Source: Somniosus microcephalus (Eukaryota). From it: 64,000 nucleotides of DNA. Of this stretch, positions 47,378 through 61,005 are shown in pieces; the stretch's first letter is position 1, and each line of letters begins with the position of its first letter. The position numbers and the translations under genes were made by a program. The notes under the pieces were generated by a model, which was given only the letters and a program-made list of their open reading frames with translations, was not told the DNA's origin and made no database searches. The stretch lies in contig CM126206.1 in the NCBI GenBank assembly GCA_052327205.1, positions 315,518,001 through 315,582,000 on the forward strand. Direction: 5' to 3'.

Positions 47378-50300
47378 ATAGCATAGTAGTTATATTACTG
47401 GACTCGTAATCCAGAGGACTGGACTAATGATCCACGGCATTTAAATTCAGTTAATTAAATAAATCTGGAATAAAAAGCTAATCAGTAACGGTGACCATGA
47501 AATTATCGGATTGTCGTAAAAATCCACCTGGTTCACTAATATCCTTTAGGGAAGGAAATCTACTGTCCTTACCCGGTCTGGCTTATGTGACTCCAGACTC
47601 TCAGCAATGTGGTTGACTCGTAACTGCCCTCTGAAATGGCCTAGCAAGCCACTCAGTTGTAACAAACTGCTGCGAGAAACAATAATAATAAAACCGGACG
47701 GACTACCCGGCATTAACCTCGGTACCGGCTTCAGACACAATGGCACACCCGGCCCAGTCGACCCTGCAAAGTCCTCCTCACTAACATCTGGGGACTTGTG
47801 CCAAAATTGGGAGAGCTGTCCCACAGACTAGTCAAACAACAGCCTGACATAATCATGCCCACTGAATCATACCTTTCAGCCAATTTCCCAGACTCCTCCA
47901 TCACCATTCCTCTGTATGTCATGTCCCACTGGCAGGACAGACCCACCAGATGTGGCAGAACAGTGATATACAGTCGGGAGGGAGCGGCCCTGGGAGTCCT
48001 CAACGTTGACTCCGGACTCCATGAAGTCTCATCGCTTCAGGTCAAGCATGGGCAAGGAAACCTCCTGCTGATTGCCACCTACAGCCCTCCCTCGGCTGAT
48101 GAATCAGTACTCCTCCATGTTGAACACCACTTTGAAGAAGCATGGGCACAGAAGGTACTCTGGGTGGGTGACTTCAATGTCCATCACCAAGAGTGGCTTT
48201 GTAGCACCACAGCTGGCTGAGTCCTGAAGAAAAATAACTGCCAGTCTGGGCCTGCGACAGGTGGTGAGTGAACCAACACGAGGGAAAAACCTACTTGACC
48301 TCGTACTCGCCAATCTACCTGTCGCAGATGCATCTGCCCATGACGGGGTTGGTGACCACTGCACAGTCCTTGTGGAGACGAAGTCCTGTCTTCACACTGA
48401 GGACACCCTCCATCGTGTTGTGTGGCACTACCACCGTGCTAAATGGGATAGATTCAAAACCGATCTAGCCGCTCAAAACTGGGCATCCATGAGTCGCTGT
48501 GGGCCATCAATAGCAGCAGAATTGTATTCCACCACAATCTGTAGCCTCATGGCCTGGCATATCTCTCACTCTGCCATTACAATCAAGCCAGAGGACCAAC
48601 CCTGGTTCAATAAGGAGTGTAAAAGAGCATGCCAGGAGCAGCAGCACCAGGCGTACCTAAAAATGAGGTGCCAACCTGGGAAAGCTGCAACACAGGACTA
48701 CATACATGCGAAACAGTGGAAGCAGCATGCTATAGGGGCTAAGTGATCTTACAATCAACGGATCAGATCAAAGCTCTGCAGTCCTGCCACATCCAGTCAT
48801 GAATGGTGGTGGACAATTAAACAACTAACTTGGAAGAGGAGGCTCTATGAATATCCCCATCCTCAATGAGGGTGGAGCCCAGTACGCAGGTGCACAAGAC
48901 AAGGCTGAAGCGTTTGCAACCATCTTCAGCCAGAGGTGCTGAGTGGATGATCCATCTCTGCCAACTCCTTAGGTCCCCACCATCACAGAAGCCAATCTTC
49001 CGCTAATTCCATTCACTCCACGTGATATCAAGAAACGGCTGAGTGCACTGGCTACAGCAAAGGCTATGGGACCCGACAACATCCCGGCTGTTGTGCTGAA
49101 GACTTGTGCTCCAGAACTAGACGCGCCTCTAGCCAAGCTGTTCCAATACAGCTACAACACCGGCATTTACCTGACAATGTGGGAATTCGCCCAGGTATGT
49201 CATGTCCACAAAAAGCAGGACAAATCCAATCCAGCCAATTACCACCCCATCAGTCTACTCAATCATCAGCAAAGTGATGGAAGGTGTCGTCGACAGTGCT
49301 ATCAAGTGGCACTTATTCACCAATAACCTGCTCACCAATGATCAGTTTGGGTTCTGCCAGAACCACTCTGCTCCAGACTTCATTATAGCCTTGGTCCAAG
49401 CATGGACAGAATAGCTGGATTCCAGAGGTGAGGTGTGAGTGATTGCCCTTGACATCAAGGCAGCATTTGACTGAATGCGACATGAAGGAGCCCTAGTAGA
49501 ATTGAAGTCAATGGGAATCAAGGGGAAAACTCTCCACTGAATGGAGTCACACCGAGCACTATATGGTTGTGGTTGTTGGTCAATCATCTCGGCCCCAGGA
49601 CATCACTGCAGGAGTTCCTCAGGGCAGTGTCCTAGGCCAACCATCTTCAAGTGCTTCATCAATGACCTTCCCTCCATCATAAGGTCAAAAGTGGGGATGT
49701 TTGCTGATGATTGCAGAGTGTTCAGTTCCATTCGCAACTCCTCAGAAAATGAAACTGTCCATGCCCGCATGCAGCAAGACCTAGACGACATTCAGGCTTG
49801 GGCTGATAAGTGGCAGGTAACATTTGCGCCACACAAGTGCCAGGCAATGACTATCTCCAACAAGCGAGAGTCTAACCACCTCCCCATGACATTCAACGGC
49901 ATTACCATTGCCAATTATCCCACCATCATCATTCTGGAGGTCACATTGACCAGAAACTTAACTGGACCAGCCACACACATACTGCGGCAACAAGAGCAGG
50001 TCAGAGGCTGGGTATTCTGCGGCGAGTGTCTCACCTCCTGACTCCCCAAAGCCTTTCCACCATCAACTAGGCACAGGTCAGGTGTGTGATGGAATACTCT
50101 CCACTTGCCTGGATGAGTGCAGCTCCAACAACACTCAACAAGCTTAATACCATCCAGGACAACGCAGCCCGCTTGATTGGCACCCCATCCACCACCTTAA
50201 ACGTTCACTCCCTCCACCAGCGTACCGTGGCTGCAGTGTGTACCATCTACAAGATGCACTGCAGCAACTTGCCAAGACGACTTTGGCAGCACCTCCCAAA

Positions 50301-50580
50301 CCCGCGACCTCTACCACCTAGAAGGACGAGGGCAGTAGGCGCATGGGAACACCATCACCTGCAAGTTCTCCTCCAAGTCGCACACTATCCTGACTTGGAA
50401 GTATATCGGCCGTTCCTTCATCGTCGCTGGGTCAAAATCCTGGAACTCCCTCCCTAACAGCACTGTGGGAGCACCTTCACCACGACTGCGGCGGTTCAAG
50501 AAGGTGGCTCACCACCACCTTGAGGGCAATTAGGGATGGGCAATAAATGCTGGCCTTGCCAGCGACGCCCACACCCTGGA
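47378..50580 (+). mobile_element. CR1/L2-group LINE (APE plus RT, decayed) with tRNA-SINE-like 5' end
   Basis: APE motifs NIWGL...PDIIMPTESYL and WVGDFNVHH; RT motifs GPDNIP, NYHPISLL, QFGF, GVPQG, MFADD; stops and frameshifts present; first 300 bp match SINE 33038. Confidence 0.88.
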
Positions 50581-51130
50581 ACAATTTTTTAAATCCAGTT
50601 GAGGACTGTGCTTAAATTTCAGTCCAATAGGAACTATGACCAAATTGTACCATCCTTGCTGATCTCTACAGTTCCACGTAGAGCTATTGCCAGGATATTA
50701 GTAAGGAATCTCTCTGACGTCTAGCACACAGCCAAAATAATATTCAGCAAACCAATAAAAAGGCAACTACAAATAGATGGCTGTGCTTTCACAAGTGGAA
50801 AATGTGAGCTGTGCTCTGGTGTGCTTGCAAACTACTTCTTCATACTGAGCTGTGTGACAGCCTTCCCTAATTTAGCAAGAAATGGCAAGAACTGTAACCT
50901 CTGGAGAGAGAGAGAATATAAGCTCCTTTTTTTAGGAGGGAAAGGATTAAAGCTGTTTTCACGATTTACATTTCAGATGCAAATTTTATTAACTGTTGAC
51001 TGCCTGAAAGCATTTGAAGACACACGATGGAAAAACTGAGGGGGAAAAAGTTACACCTTTAGCTGTTTTGTTTTGGTTGTGTATAACAATGCATGTGTGG
51101 TAAGACGGGTTTTCTATAGAATGAGTTCGA

Positions 51131-51580
51131 CTGTCAGCCGTGACTCAGTGGGTAGCACCCTGGCCTCTGAGTCAGAAGGTTGAGAGTTCAAGTCCGACTC
51201 CAGAGACTTGAACACAAAAACCTAGGCTGACATTCCAGTGCTGCACCGACAGAGGTGCCGTCTTTCAGATGAGCCGTTAAACTGGGGCCCCGTCTGCGCG
51301 CTCAGGTGAGCGTAAAAGATCCTACGGCACTATTTTGAAAAGAAGCAGGGGAGTTATTCCCGGTGTCTTGGCCAATATTTATCCCTCAATCAACAGCACT
51401 AAAATAGATTATCTGGTCATTATCACATTGCTGTTTGTGGGAGCTTGCTGTGTGTAAATTGGCTGCCGCGTTTCCTGCATTACAACAGTGACTACACTTC
51501 AAAAGTACTTCATTGGCTGTAAAGCACTTTGGGACCTCCGGTGGTCGTTAAAGGCGCTATATAAATGCAAGTCTTTCTCT
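51131..51580 (+). mobile_element. Deu-domain tRNA-SINE, full length
   Basis: Head, core and tail present. Confidence 0.9.
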
Positions 51581-51764
51581 TCTCTACTTACTGGTTATCA
51601 CTAGTGTAACATTATAAACTAATGTTCTGGTGCTTGTTATGCTGTGCTGAAGGGCCCGAATCTTTAAATGCTACTTCATAAACCTGCTGGAAAAACGGTT
51701 GGCCAGAGCAAGATTCCTCCTAGTACATTGGACCAATTGAAAATGCAGCAAATGTAATAACATA

Positions 51765-52395
51765 TAATAGGAGCAGGTGTAGGCCATTCTGCCCCTCTAA
51801 CCTGCTCCACCAGTCAATAAGATCATGGCTGATCTGATCTTGGCCTCAACTCCACTTTCTTGCCTGCTCCCCATAACCCTGGACTCCCCTGTAGTTCAAA
51901 AATCTGTCTATCTCCGCCTTGAATATATTCAATGACCCAGCTTCCACAGCTCTCTGGGATTGAGAATTTTAAAGATTCATGACCCTCTGAGAGAAGAAAT
52001 TCCTCCTCATCTCCGTCTTAAATGGGCGACCCCTTATCCTGAAACTATGCCCCCTAGTTCTAGATTCCCCCACGAGGGGAAACATCCTCTCAGCATCTAC
52101 CCTGTCTAACCCCCTCAGAATCTTATTTTTCTATAAGATCACCTCTCATTCTTCTAAACTCCAATGAGTATAGGCCCAACCTGCTCAACCTTTCCTCATA
52201 AGACAACCCCTTCATCCCAGGAATCAACCTCGTGAACCTTCTCTGAACTGCCTCCAATGCAAGTATATCCCTCCTTAAATAAGGAGACCAAAACTGTACG
52301 CAGTACTCTTGGTGTGGTCTCACCAACACCCTGTACAGTTGTAGCAAGACTTCCCTACTCTTATACTCCATCCCCTTGCAATAAAGGCCAATAAT
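51765..52395 (-). mobile_element. CR1-like LINE 3' fragment
   Basis: EYKSREVLLQLYRVLVRPH; same subfamily as 56490-59090. Confidence 0.9.
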
Positions 52396-52499
52396 GTCGG
52401 ATTCACAAACGATGAGTTAAAAGTGGAACTGTAGGAATGTACAGGACTGGAAAAGACATCTGGCTGGTGCCAGAGTTCAAAAGCACCGTGCAGAATTAA

Positions 52500-53720
52500 C
52501 TATCTCAATTGTTTTCTTACCAAATGCCTGTCCAACATCCACTTAAAATTACTAATGTTACTGGCTTTGATTGCTGGGGACGTCCATTTTAAATGTGAAT
52601 TGCTGATTTGTGTGAAATAGTTACATCTGATCCGTTACTCACCTTCCGTCTTCTGAACTTCATCTCTTAGCCCCCATTCAGAGAACAAGGGGAAATGGTA
52701 AACTGTTTGAGGTCAACTTGTCAATGCTGTTGAGCATCTTAAATACCTTGAATAAAACCCCATCTGTCTTTTCTAATGTAAACCTATTCAGCTCCTGTCG
52801 TTCAGTTGCCTGGTGCCAGGGATTAGATGGGTAGCCTTTGCTACACCTTTTCCATGTCATGATGTCCTTGCTGTAATATGGCAACCAGAACAGCGCACAT
52901 TACTCTAGATGGGGATAAACCAATGCCTTATGTAGGCATACATCCTGTGATTAATTCTTTACTCTATGCACTGTATAACCCATGATTATATGTTGTGCAG
53001 GTGGTTTCATGATCTGGCCACCAGATCCTTTTCCTGTACTGTACCCTGTAGACTAGCATAAAGTTTATAATTCCAGTTTTATTTATTTCATAGTCTCATT
53101 ACTTTCCAAATGACAACACTAAATTTAACTTTCAGTTTCCCGGCTCAGCTGCTCAATCTATCCAAGAATCCTCTGTGCACAATGATCCTGCCTTTGTTTG
53201 CGACCCTCCTACCCGCCACAGCCTCCTTCGTGTCATGATCAAACTTTGACAGTTTTGTGTCTCTTCCCACTTCCAAATCATCAACTCACAATGTGAGTAG
53301 CAATGGTCCGAGCACTGACCCTTGGGCACTTAACTGGTCACTTCCCTCTGCTCCCTTGTGCAGCTGGTGGCCAGTGCACTTCAATGGCTGCCCATGTATT
53401 CCATACTTTTCTACCTTATTGAGCAACCTCCTATGTGGCATTGTATCAACCCTTCACTGAATTTTAGATGAACAGTGTTCATGAAGTTCCTTTTAGCCAC
53501 AAGCTCTGGTATCTCAAAGAATTCTAACGGGTTTATGGAGAATCATTGTCGTTGCCCCCTGCCCCCCAGAAAGCTATGCTGCTGTGCCCTGATAACTTCA
53601 TGCTTCTCTAGGTGTCTCGCGATTCCCTTTTTCAGGATGGCCCCCAACATGTTACCCATGATCTGTCTGGCTGGCCACTCTTAATTTCCGGGATGTGCAT
53701 TTTTGCTTTTTTTTAAAAAT
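52500..53720 (-). mobile_element. Old, highly degenerate CR1-like RT fragment
   Basis: Reverse similarity such as ccgagcactgacccttgggcac (VPKGQCS/PQGSVLG-like) and PYYSKDI. Confidence 0.5.
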
Positions 53721-54072
53721 ACATAAAGGCGTTTGTATCCTTCTCTCAATCTTGGGTACAACTCTTAATTCTAATCATTTCCTAACTATCCCAGCCAAAA
53801 ATTGACTGACTTGTCAGCCATTGGTTTTGACGGCCATTTCCTTTCGTGCCCTTGTGTGCAGGTCATTCAGCCTTGGGCCTTATTCTCCTTCATTGTCTTC
53901 AATGTTTCTGTCATTTCCTCAGTAATTACTGTTGTCCTTAATGTTTTCTCCCCATTTCTTGGAAAATCAACCCTCATTTCTGAGAGAGAATCGTAGAGTT
54001 TTAAGACAGAGGTAGATGAAGTATCTGGAAAAAGCATCTATCCTGAAGTCTTTTTAATTGCTAATTGTGGAA

Positions 54073-56050
54073 GAAACATAGAAGATAGGAGCAGGAGTAG
54101 GCCATTCGGCCCTTCGAGCCTGTTCCGCCATTCAATGAGATCATGGCTGATCATCCAATTTCAGTACCCTGTCCCTGCCTTCTCCCCATATCCCTTGATC
54201 CCTTTAGCCTCAAGAAATATATCCAACTCTTTCTTGAATATATTTAATGAACTGGCCTGCACCGCCCTCTGTGGCAGAGAATTCCACAGGTTCACCACAC
54301 TCTGGGTGAAGAAATTCCTCCTCATTTCAGTCCTAAATGGCTTACCCCTTATCCTTAGACTATGACCCCTGGTTCTGGACTCCCCAGCCATCAGAAACAT
54401 TGTTCCTGCATCTAGTCTGTCCAGACCTGACAGAATTTTATAGGTTTCGATGAGATCCCCCCTCAATCTTCTAAACTCCAGTGAGTATAAGCCCAATCGA
54501 CACAATCTCTCCTTATACGTCATTCCTGCCATCCCAGGTATCAGCCTGGTGAATCTTCGCTGCACTCCCTCCATGGCAAGAACGTCCTTCCTCAGGTAAG
54601 GTGACCAAAACTGCACACAATACTCGAGGTGCGGTCTCACCAAGGCCCTGTACAACTGTAGCAAGACATCCTTGTTCCTGTACTCGAACCCTCTTGCGAC
54701 GAAGGCCAACATACCATTTGCCTTCTTAACCGCCTGCTGCACCTGCATGCTTACCTTCAGCGACTGGTGCACAATAACACCCAGGTTTCTTTGCACTTCC
54801 CCTTCTCTCAATCTATTGCCATTCAAATAATAATCTGCCTTCCTGTTTTTGCCACCAAAGTGGATAACCTCACATTTATCCACATTATAGTGCATTTGCC
54901 ATGTTTCTGCCCAATCACCCAACCTGTCCAAATCGTACTTGCGTTTCACGACATCCTCCTCACAGCTTACCCTCCCACCCAGCTTTGTATCGTCTGCAAA
55001 TTTGGAGATATTACATCCAATTCCCTCGTCCAGATCATTAATATATATTGTGAACAGCTGGGGTCCTCGGACCGATCCTTGCGGTACCCCACTCGTCACT
55101 GCCTGCCACTCGGAGAACGACTCGTTTATTCCAACTCTTGGCTTTCTGTCCGCCAACCAGTTCTCTATCCAAGTCAATACCTTGCCCCCAATCCCATGTG
55201 CCTTAATTTTGCACGCTAATCTCTTATGTGGGACCTTATCGAAAGCCTTCTGAAAGTCCAAATACACCACATCCACTAGTTCTCCCTTATCTATTTTACC
55301 AGTTACATCCTCAAAAAATTCCAGTAGTTTAGTCCAGCATGATTTACCGTTTGTAAATCCATGTTGACTTTGTCCGATCCTGTCACTGCTTTCCAAGTGC
55401 TCTGCTATTACATCTTTTATAATAGACTCTAGCATTTTCCCCACTACCGATGTCAGGCTTACCGGTCTATAATTCCCCGCTTTTTCTCTACCGCCTTTTT
55501 TGAATAGTGGGGTAACATTAGCTACCCTCCAATCCATGGGTACTGTTCCAGAGTCTATCGAGTTCTGGAAGATGACCAGCAATGCATCTACTATCTCTAG
55601 GGCCACTTCCTTAAGTACCCTGGGATGTAGACCTTCAGGCCCTGGGGATTTATCGGCCTTCAGTCCCATCAATTTTCCTAACACCATTTCCCTACAAATA
55701 CTGATTTCTTTCAGTTCCTCCCTTTCATCAAACCCTATGTTCCCCGACATCTCTGGGAGGTTATTTGTGTCCTCCTTTGTGAAGACAGAACCAAAATATG
55801 TATTTAGTTGGTCTGCCATTTCCTTGTTTCCCATTATAAATTCCCCTGATTCTGACTGCAAGGGACCTACGCTTGACTTCACCAATCTTTTTCTCTTCAC
55901 ATATCTATAAAAGCTTTGAGTCAGTTTTTATGTTCCCTGTTAGCTTACTCTCATATTCTATTTTCCCTTTCTTAATTAATTAATCCCTTTGTCCTCCTTT
56001 GTTGACTCCTAAACTGCTCCCAATCCTCAGGAGTATTGCTTTTTCTAGCC
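54073..56050 (-). mobile_element. 5'-truncated CR1-like LINE
   Basis: 579-aa open RT ORF plus 3' UTR. Confidence 0.95.
54161..55900 (-). CDS. CR1 ORF2 reverse transcriptase (partial)
   Basis: KSPGP, NYRPVSLTS, QHGF, DFQKAFD, GVPQGS and KFADD motifs. Confidence 0.88.
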   Translation of the reverse strand: MKRKRLVKSSVGPLQSESGEFIMGNKEMADQLNTYFGSVFTKEDTNNLPEMSGNIGFDEREELKEISICREMVLGKLMGLKADKSPGPEGLHPRVLKEVALEIVDALLVIFQNSIDSGTVPMDWRVANVTPLFKKGGREKAGNYRPVSLTSVVGKMLESIIKDVIAEHLESSDRIGQSQHGFTNGKSCWTKLLEFFEDVTGKIDKGELVDVVYLDFQKAFDKVPHKRLACKIKAHGIGGKVLTWIENWLADRKPRVGINESFSEWQAVTSGVPQGSVRGPQLFTIYINDLDEGIGCNISKFADDTKLGGRVSCEEDVVKRKYDLDRLGDWAETWQMHYNVDKCEVIHFGGKNRKADYYLNGNRLREGEVQRNLGVIVHQSLKVSMQVQQAVKKANGMLAFVARGFEYRNKDVLLQLYRALVRPHLEYCVQFWSPYLRKDVLAMEGVQRRFTRLIPGMAGMTYKERLCRLGLYSLEFRRLRGDLIETYKILSGLDRLDAGTMFLMAGESRTRGHSLRIRGKPFRTEMRRNFFTQSVVNLWNSLPQRAVQASSLNIFKKELDIFLEAKGIKGYGEKAGTGY

Positions 56051-56489
56051 TTCTTTCATGAGTAGCATTGGTTTCAAAATTAAATTGTCCAGGATGTCCA
56101 CCATTTTGGGCTGCCTAATTCCACCCTTCTGCCTTTCCTTGACTCCGTTTACTCCAGATGTACTTAAAGGAGCATTTTATGCTCCCTCCAGTCCTAATCT
56201 TGCGCCTCAATTTTTTTTGGAAGCTCAATTTTTTTTAATGTTCTTCTTTATCCTTGTACTCATGTCTGTCTATCACAGATCCTGAAGATCTATATTTGAA
56301 GTGCATACCCTCCTTTCTTGACCTATTCCTTGCATTATCTCCTTTTGTTGCTTCTGGCTTTCCTCTTGCTCCTATTGTTTCTTACCCAGCGGTGTGCATT
56401 AACGTTGCAATTGCAGCATGGTGCATTGAAAAATTTACCACGACTCCGCTACACTTTGCCCTTCTAATATATTTTAGTCCAGCTTCATA

Positions 56490-59090
56490 AAGGAAAAGCA
56501 GGTGTGGTAGCTCTGTTAATAAAGGATGAGATCAGTGCAGTAGTGAGAAATTTATATTGGCTCAAGATCAAGATGTAGAATCAGTTTGGGTGGCGATAAG
56601 AAATAATAAGGGAAAGAAGTCAGTGGTGGGAGTAGTCGAAAGTGGCTACACTGTAGGACAGAGCATAAAGCAAGAAATAATGGAGGCTTGTAAGAAAAGT
56701 ACTGCAATAATCATGGGCGATTTTAATCTTCGTATTGATTGGACAAATCAAATTAGCCAAGATAGCCTTGAAGAGTTCATAGTGTATTTGGGATGGTTTC
56801 TTAGAACAATATGTTGTGGAACCAACCAGGGAGCAGGCTACCTTAGATCTGGCACTGTGTAATGAGACAGGATTAATTAATCTCATAGAAAGGATCCTCT
56901 AGGAAAAAGTGATCATAGCATGATAGAATTTCAAATTCAGTTTGAGGGTGAGAAAGTTGGGTCTCAAACCAGTGTCCTGAACTTAAATAAAGGCAATTAC
57001 AAAGGTATGAAGGCATAGTTGGCTAAAGTTGACTAGAAAAATAGATTAAAGGGTAAGACGGTAGATAAGCATTTAAGGAGATATTCATAACTCTCAGCAA
57101 AGATATATTCTAGTGAGAAGGAAGGACTTTGAGAAGGATGAACCATCTGTGGCTAACTAAGGAAGTAAAGGATGGTATCAAATTGAAAGCCAAAACATGC
57201 AATGTTGCAAAGTTTAGTGGTAGGCAATTTTTAGAAACCAGCAAAGGATGAGTTTAAAAAAAAAAAAAAAAAATAGATTGAGAGTAAACTAGCAAATATA
57301 AAAACAGACAGTAAGAGCTTCTACAGGTATATAAAAAGGAAGAGAGTAACTAAAGTAAACGTTGGTCCCCAAGAGGATGAGACTGGGGAATTAATAATGG
57401 GAAACAGAAATGGCACAGACTTTGAACAAATATTTTGTATCAGTCTTCACGGTAGAAGATACTAAAAGCATCCCAATAGTAGATAATCAAGGGGCTATAG
57501 GGAGGGAGGAACTTAAAACAATCACTATCACTAGAGAAAAAGCACTCAGTAAAATAATGGGACTAAAGGTGGACAAGTCCACTGGACCTGATGACCTGCA
57601 TCCTAGGGTCTTAAAAGAAGTGGATGCATTGGTTGCAATCTACCAAAATTCCCTGGATTCTGAAGAGGTCCCAGCAGATTGGAAAACCGCAAATGTAACA
57701 CCCCTATTTCAGAAAGGAGGGAGACACAAAGCAGGAAACTATAGACCAGTTAGCCTAACATCTGTCATTGGGAAAATGCTGGAGTCCTTCATTAAGGAGG
57801 TAGTAGCAGGACATTTAGAAAATCATAATACAATCAAGCAGAGTCCACATGGTTTTATGAAAGGGAAATCGTGTTTGACAAATTTATTAGAGTTCTTTTG
57901 AGGATGTAATGATCAGGATGAATCAAGGGGAACCAGTAGATGTAGTGTATTTAGATTTCCAAAAGGCATTCGATAAGGTGCCACATAAAAGGTTACTGCA
58001 CAAGATAAGAGCTCACTGTGTTGGGGGTAATATATTAGCATGGATAGAGGATTGGCTAAGTTTAAAGAAAACAGTCGGGATAAATGGGTCATTTTCCGGT
58101 TGGCAAACTAACTAGTGGGGTGCCACGGGGATCAGTGCCAAGGCCTTAACTATTTACAATCTATATTAATGACTTGGATGAAGTGGACTGAGTGTAATGT
58201 AGCCAAACTTGCTGCTGATACAAAGATAGGTGGGAAAGCAAGTTGTGAGGAGGACACATAATCTGCAAAGGGTTAAGTAAGTGGGCAAAAATTTGGCAGA
58301 TGGGGTATAATGTTGGAAAATGTGAGGTTATCCACTTTGGTTGGAAAAATAAAAAAGCAAATTGAGAGAGATTACAAAATGCTGCAGTACAAAGGGATCT
58401 GGGGGTCCTCGTACATGAAACATAAAGTTAGCATGCAGGTACAGCAAGTAATTAGGAAGGCAAATGGAATGCTGGCCTTTATTGCAAGGGAGTTGGAGTA
58501 TAAAAGCAGGGAAGTCCTGCTACAACTGTACAGGGTATTGGTGAGACCACACCTGGAGTACTGCGTACAGATTTGGTCTCCTTATTTAAGGAAGGATATA
58601 CTTGCATTGGAGGCAGTTCAGAGAAGGTTCACGAGGTTGATTCCTGGGATGAAGGGGTTGTCTTATGAGGAAAGGTTGAGCAGGTTGGGCCTATACTCAT
58701 TGGAGTTTAGAAGAATGAGAGGTGATCTTATTGAAACATAAGATGCTGAGGGGACTTGACAAGGTGGATGCAGAGAGGATGTTTCCCCTCGTGGGGGAAT
58801 CCAGAATTAGGGGACATAGTTTCAGAATAAGGGGTCAACCATTTAAGACCGAGATGAGGAGGAATTTCTTCTGAGGGTGGTGAATCTGTGGAATTCTCTA
58901 CCCCAGAGAGCTGTGGAGGCTGGGTCATTGAATATATTTAGAGTGGAGATACAGATTTTTGAACGTTAAGGGAGTCCAGGGTTATGGGGAACGGGCAGGG
59001 AAGTGGAGTTGAGGCCAAGATCAGACCAGCCATGATCTTGTTGAATGGCGGAGCAGGCTCGAGGGGCCGAATGGCCTACTTATGCATGTT
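56490..59090 (+). mobile_element. Decayed CR1-like LINE (part of APE, RT and 3' UTR)
   Basis: ESVWV, IMGDFN, KSTGPD, NYRPVSLTS and DFQKAFD in broken frames. Confidence 0.92.
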
Positions 59091-59519
59091 CTAAAGTATG
59101 TTCTAACTGCTTTCTCATTTTCCCCCAACTTCTACTCTTTGAAAATCTAAAGTCTTCATTGTACTCCTATATCCCTGGCGAGTCTGCCACCAAATGCAAT
59201 TGTAGTCTTGGTTTTTAACATGTTCCCTAGCTTTGGCATTCAATCATCTCTGCTTTGTTGCATGAAACCAGATCCAGAGTTGCCATCCCCTTGTGCTCTT
59301 TAACCATCTGGGTCAAAAGACAGTTTGTGGCATTATTCAGGAAGTAAATCTCTTGGCTCTTTTTCCCACCTTGGTTAACCCTGGTAAATTAAAATCCCCC
59401 TGGACAATTGTATTCATATTCAAAATGCCACCCTAATCTCTCTGCATAGCTCAGCAGCCATAGTCTCACTCTGATTTGGTGTTCCTCTCCTTGCCATACT
59501 AGTTTTAATTGTATTCCCT

Positions 59520-59902
59520 GATATTTTGAAGATTAAGGGGTGATTTGATTGAAGTTTTCAAGATAGATAGAGAGAAACTATTTCTGCTGGTTGGGGATTC
59601 TAGGACTAGGGAACATAGTCTAAAAATTAGAGCCAGACCTTTCAGGAGTGAAATTAGGAAACACTTCTCCACACACAGGGTGGTAGAAGTTTGGAACTCT
59701 CTTCCGCAAATGGCAATTGATGCTGGGGGGTCAATTGTTAATTTTAAATCTGATATTGATAGATTTTTGTTAACCAATGGTATTCAGAGATATGGGGCAA
59801 AGGCGGGTATATGGAGTGAGGTCGCAGATCAGCCATGATCTCATTGCATGGCAGAGCAGGCTCGAGGGGCTGAATGGCCTCCTCCTGTTCCTATGTTCCT
59901 AA
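59520..59902 (+). mobile_element. CR1-like 3' fragment
   Basis: IEVFKIDREKLFLLV...RVVEVWNSLP and tail cctcctgttcctatgttcc. Confidence 0.85.
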
Positions 59903-60529
59903 TTCATCCCCACCCGTTCTATTCATTTTCTCTGCCCATACGTTTCAGGTGAAGGCAATCCAGTTTTAGAGCCTCCTCCTGTCCTACCATGTGACACAGT
60001 GCCTCTGCACCATGTCCCTAGCCACATACTTACCTGCCTAATCCTATCCTGCCTCTGCTGTCCAGCACAAAGTCCATGAATTGATTGGATTTTTTTTTGG
60101 AAATCTTGCACTCCTGTCAATTCTCTTCAATCAAAATGCAGTGTAGACGTATATCCCAAATGGCAGTCACCGTGCACTTGAATGCCCATTAGTGGAGCCC
60201 TCCAAGCATTGTAAGCACATGGTGTAGCTTGGCTCTGCTGCTCCACAAGTGGAGCTTGTGCTTTGTAAAACTACTGCAAGAGGAACGCAAGTAGAAATGC
60301 CATCAGATGGGGATTCATTTTGAGTCCGCTTTGATTCTTGTTCTAATAACGTACCCCAGTAGTTGCTCATCAGAAAGAGATGAGGTGGCTTTCTTATTGC
60401 TGATTTCAGGATCAATGCTGTGACCCTAGGGCACTATAACTGACTATAATTAGACCAGGTTAAGTGCTAATTCTGTAGTGTTTTGTTTCAGGTGTGTGAT
60501 GTTGCCCAACCCTAATTGTCTCGTGCGTA

Positions 60530-60972
60530 TGTGGCTCAGTGGGCAGTACTGTCACCCCTGAGTCAGGTGGGTTCAAGTCTCACTCCAGAGATTTGAGCAC
60601 AAAAATCTAGGCTGACACTCCAGTGCAGTACTGAGGGAGTGCTGCACTGTTGGAGGTGCTGTTTTTCAGATGAGACGTTAAACTGAGGCCCTGTCTGCCC
60701 TCGCATTGATGTAAAAGATCCCGTGGCACTATTTCGAAGAAGAGCAGGGGTGTTACCTCCGGTGTCCTGGCCAATATTTATCCCTCAATCAACATAACAA
60801 AAAACATTATCTGGTCATTATCACTTTGCTGTTTGTGGGAGCTTGCTGTGTGCAAATTGGGTGCTGCGTTTCCCACATTACGACAATGACTCCACTTCAA
60901 AAGTACTTCTTTCGTTGTAAAGCACTTTGTGACATCCTGAGGTCGTGAAAAGTGCTATAGAAATGCCAGTCT
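60530..60972 (+). mobile_element. Deu-domain tRNA-SINE
   Basis: Head, core and tail present; ends about 33 nt before exon 6. Confidence 0.9.
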
Positions 60973-61005
60973 GACTTATGGTTATCTCTTGTCTTTATCC
61001 ATTAG

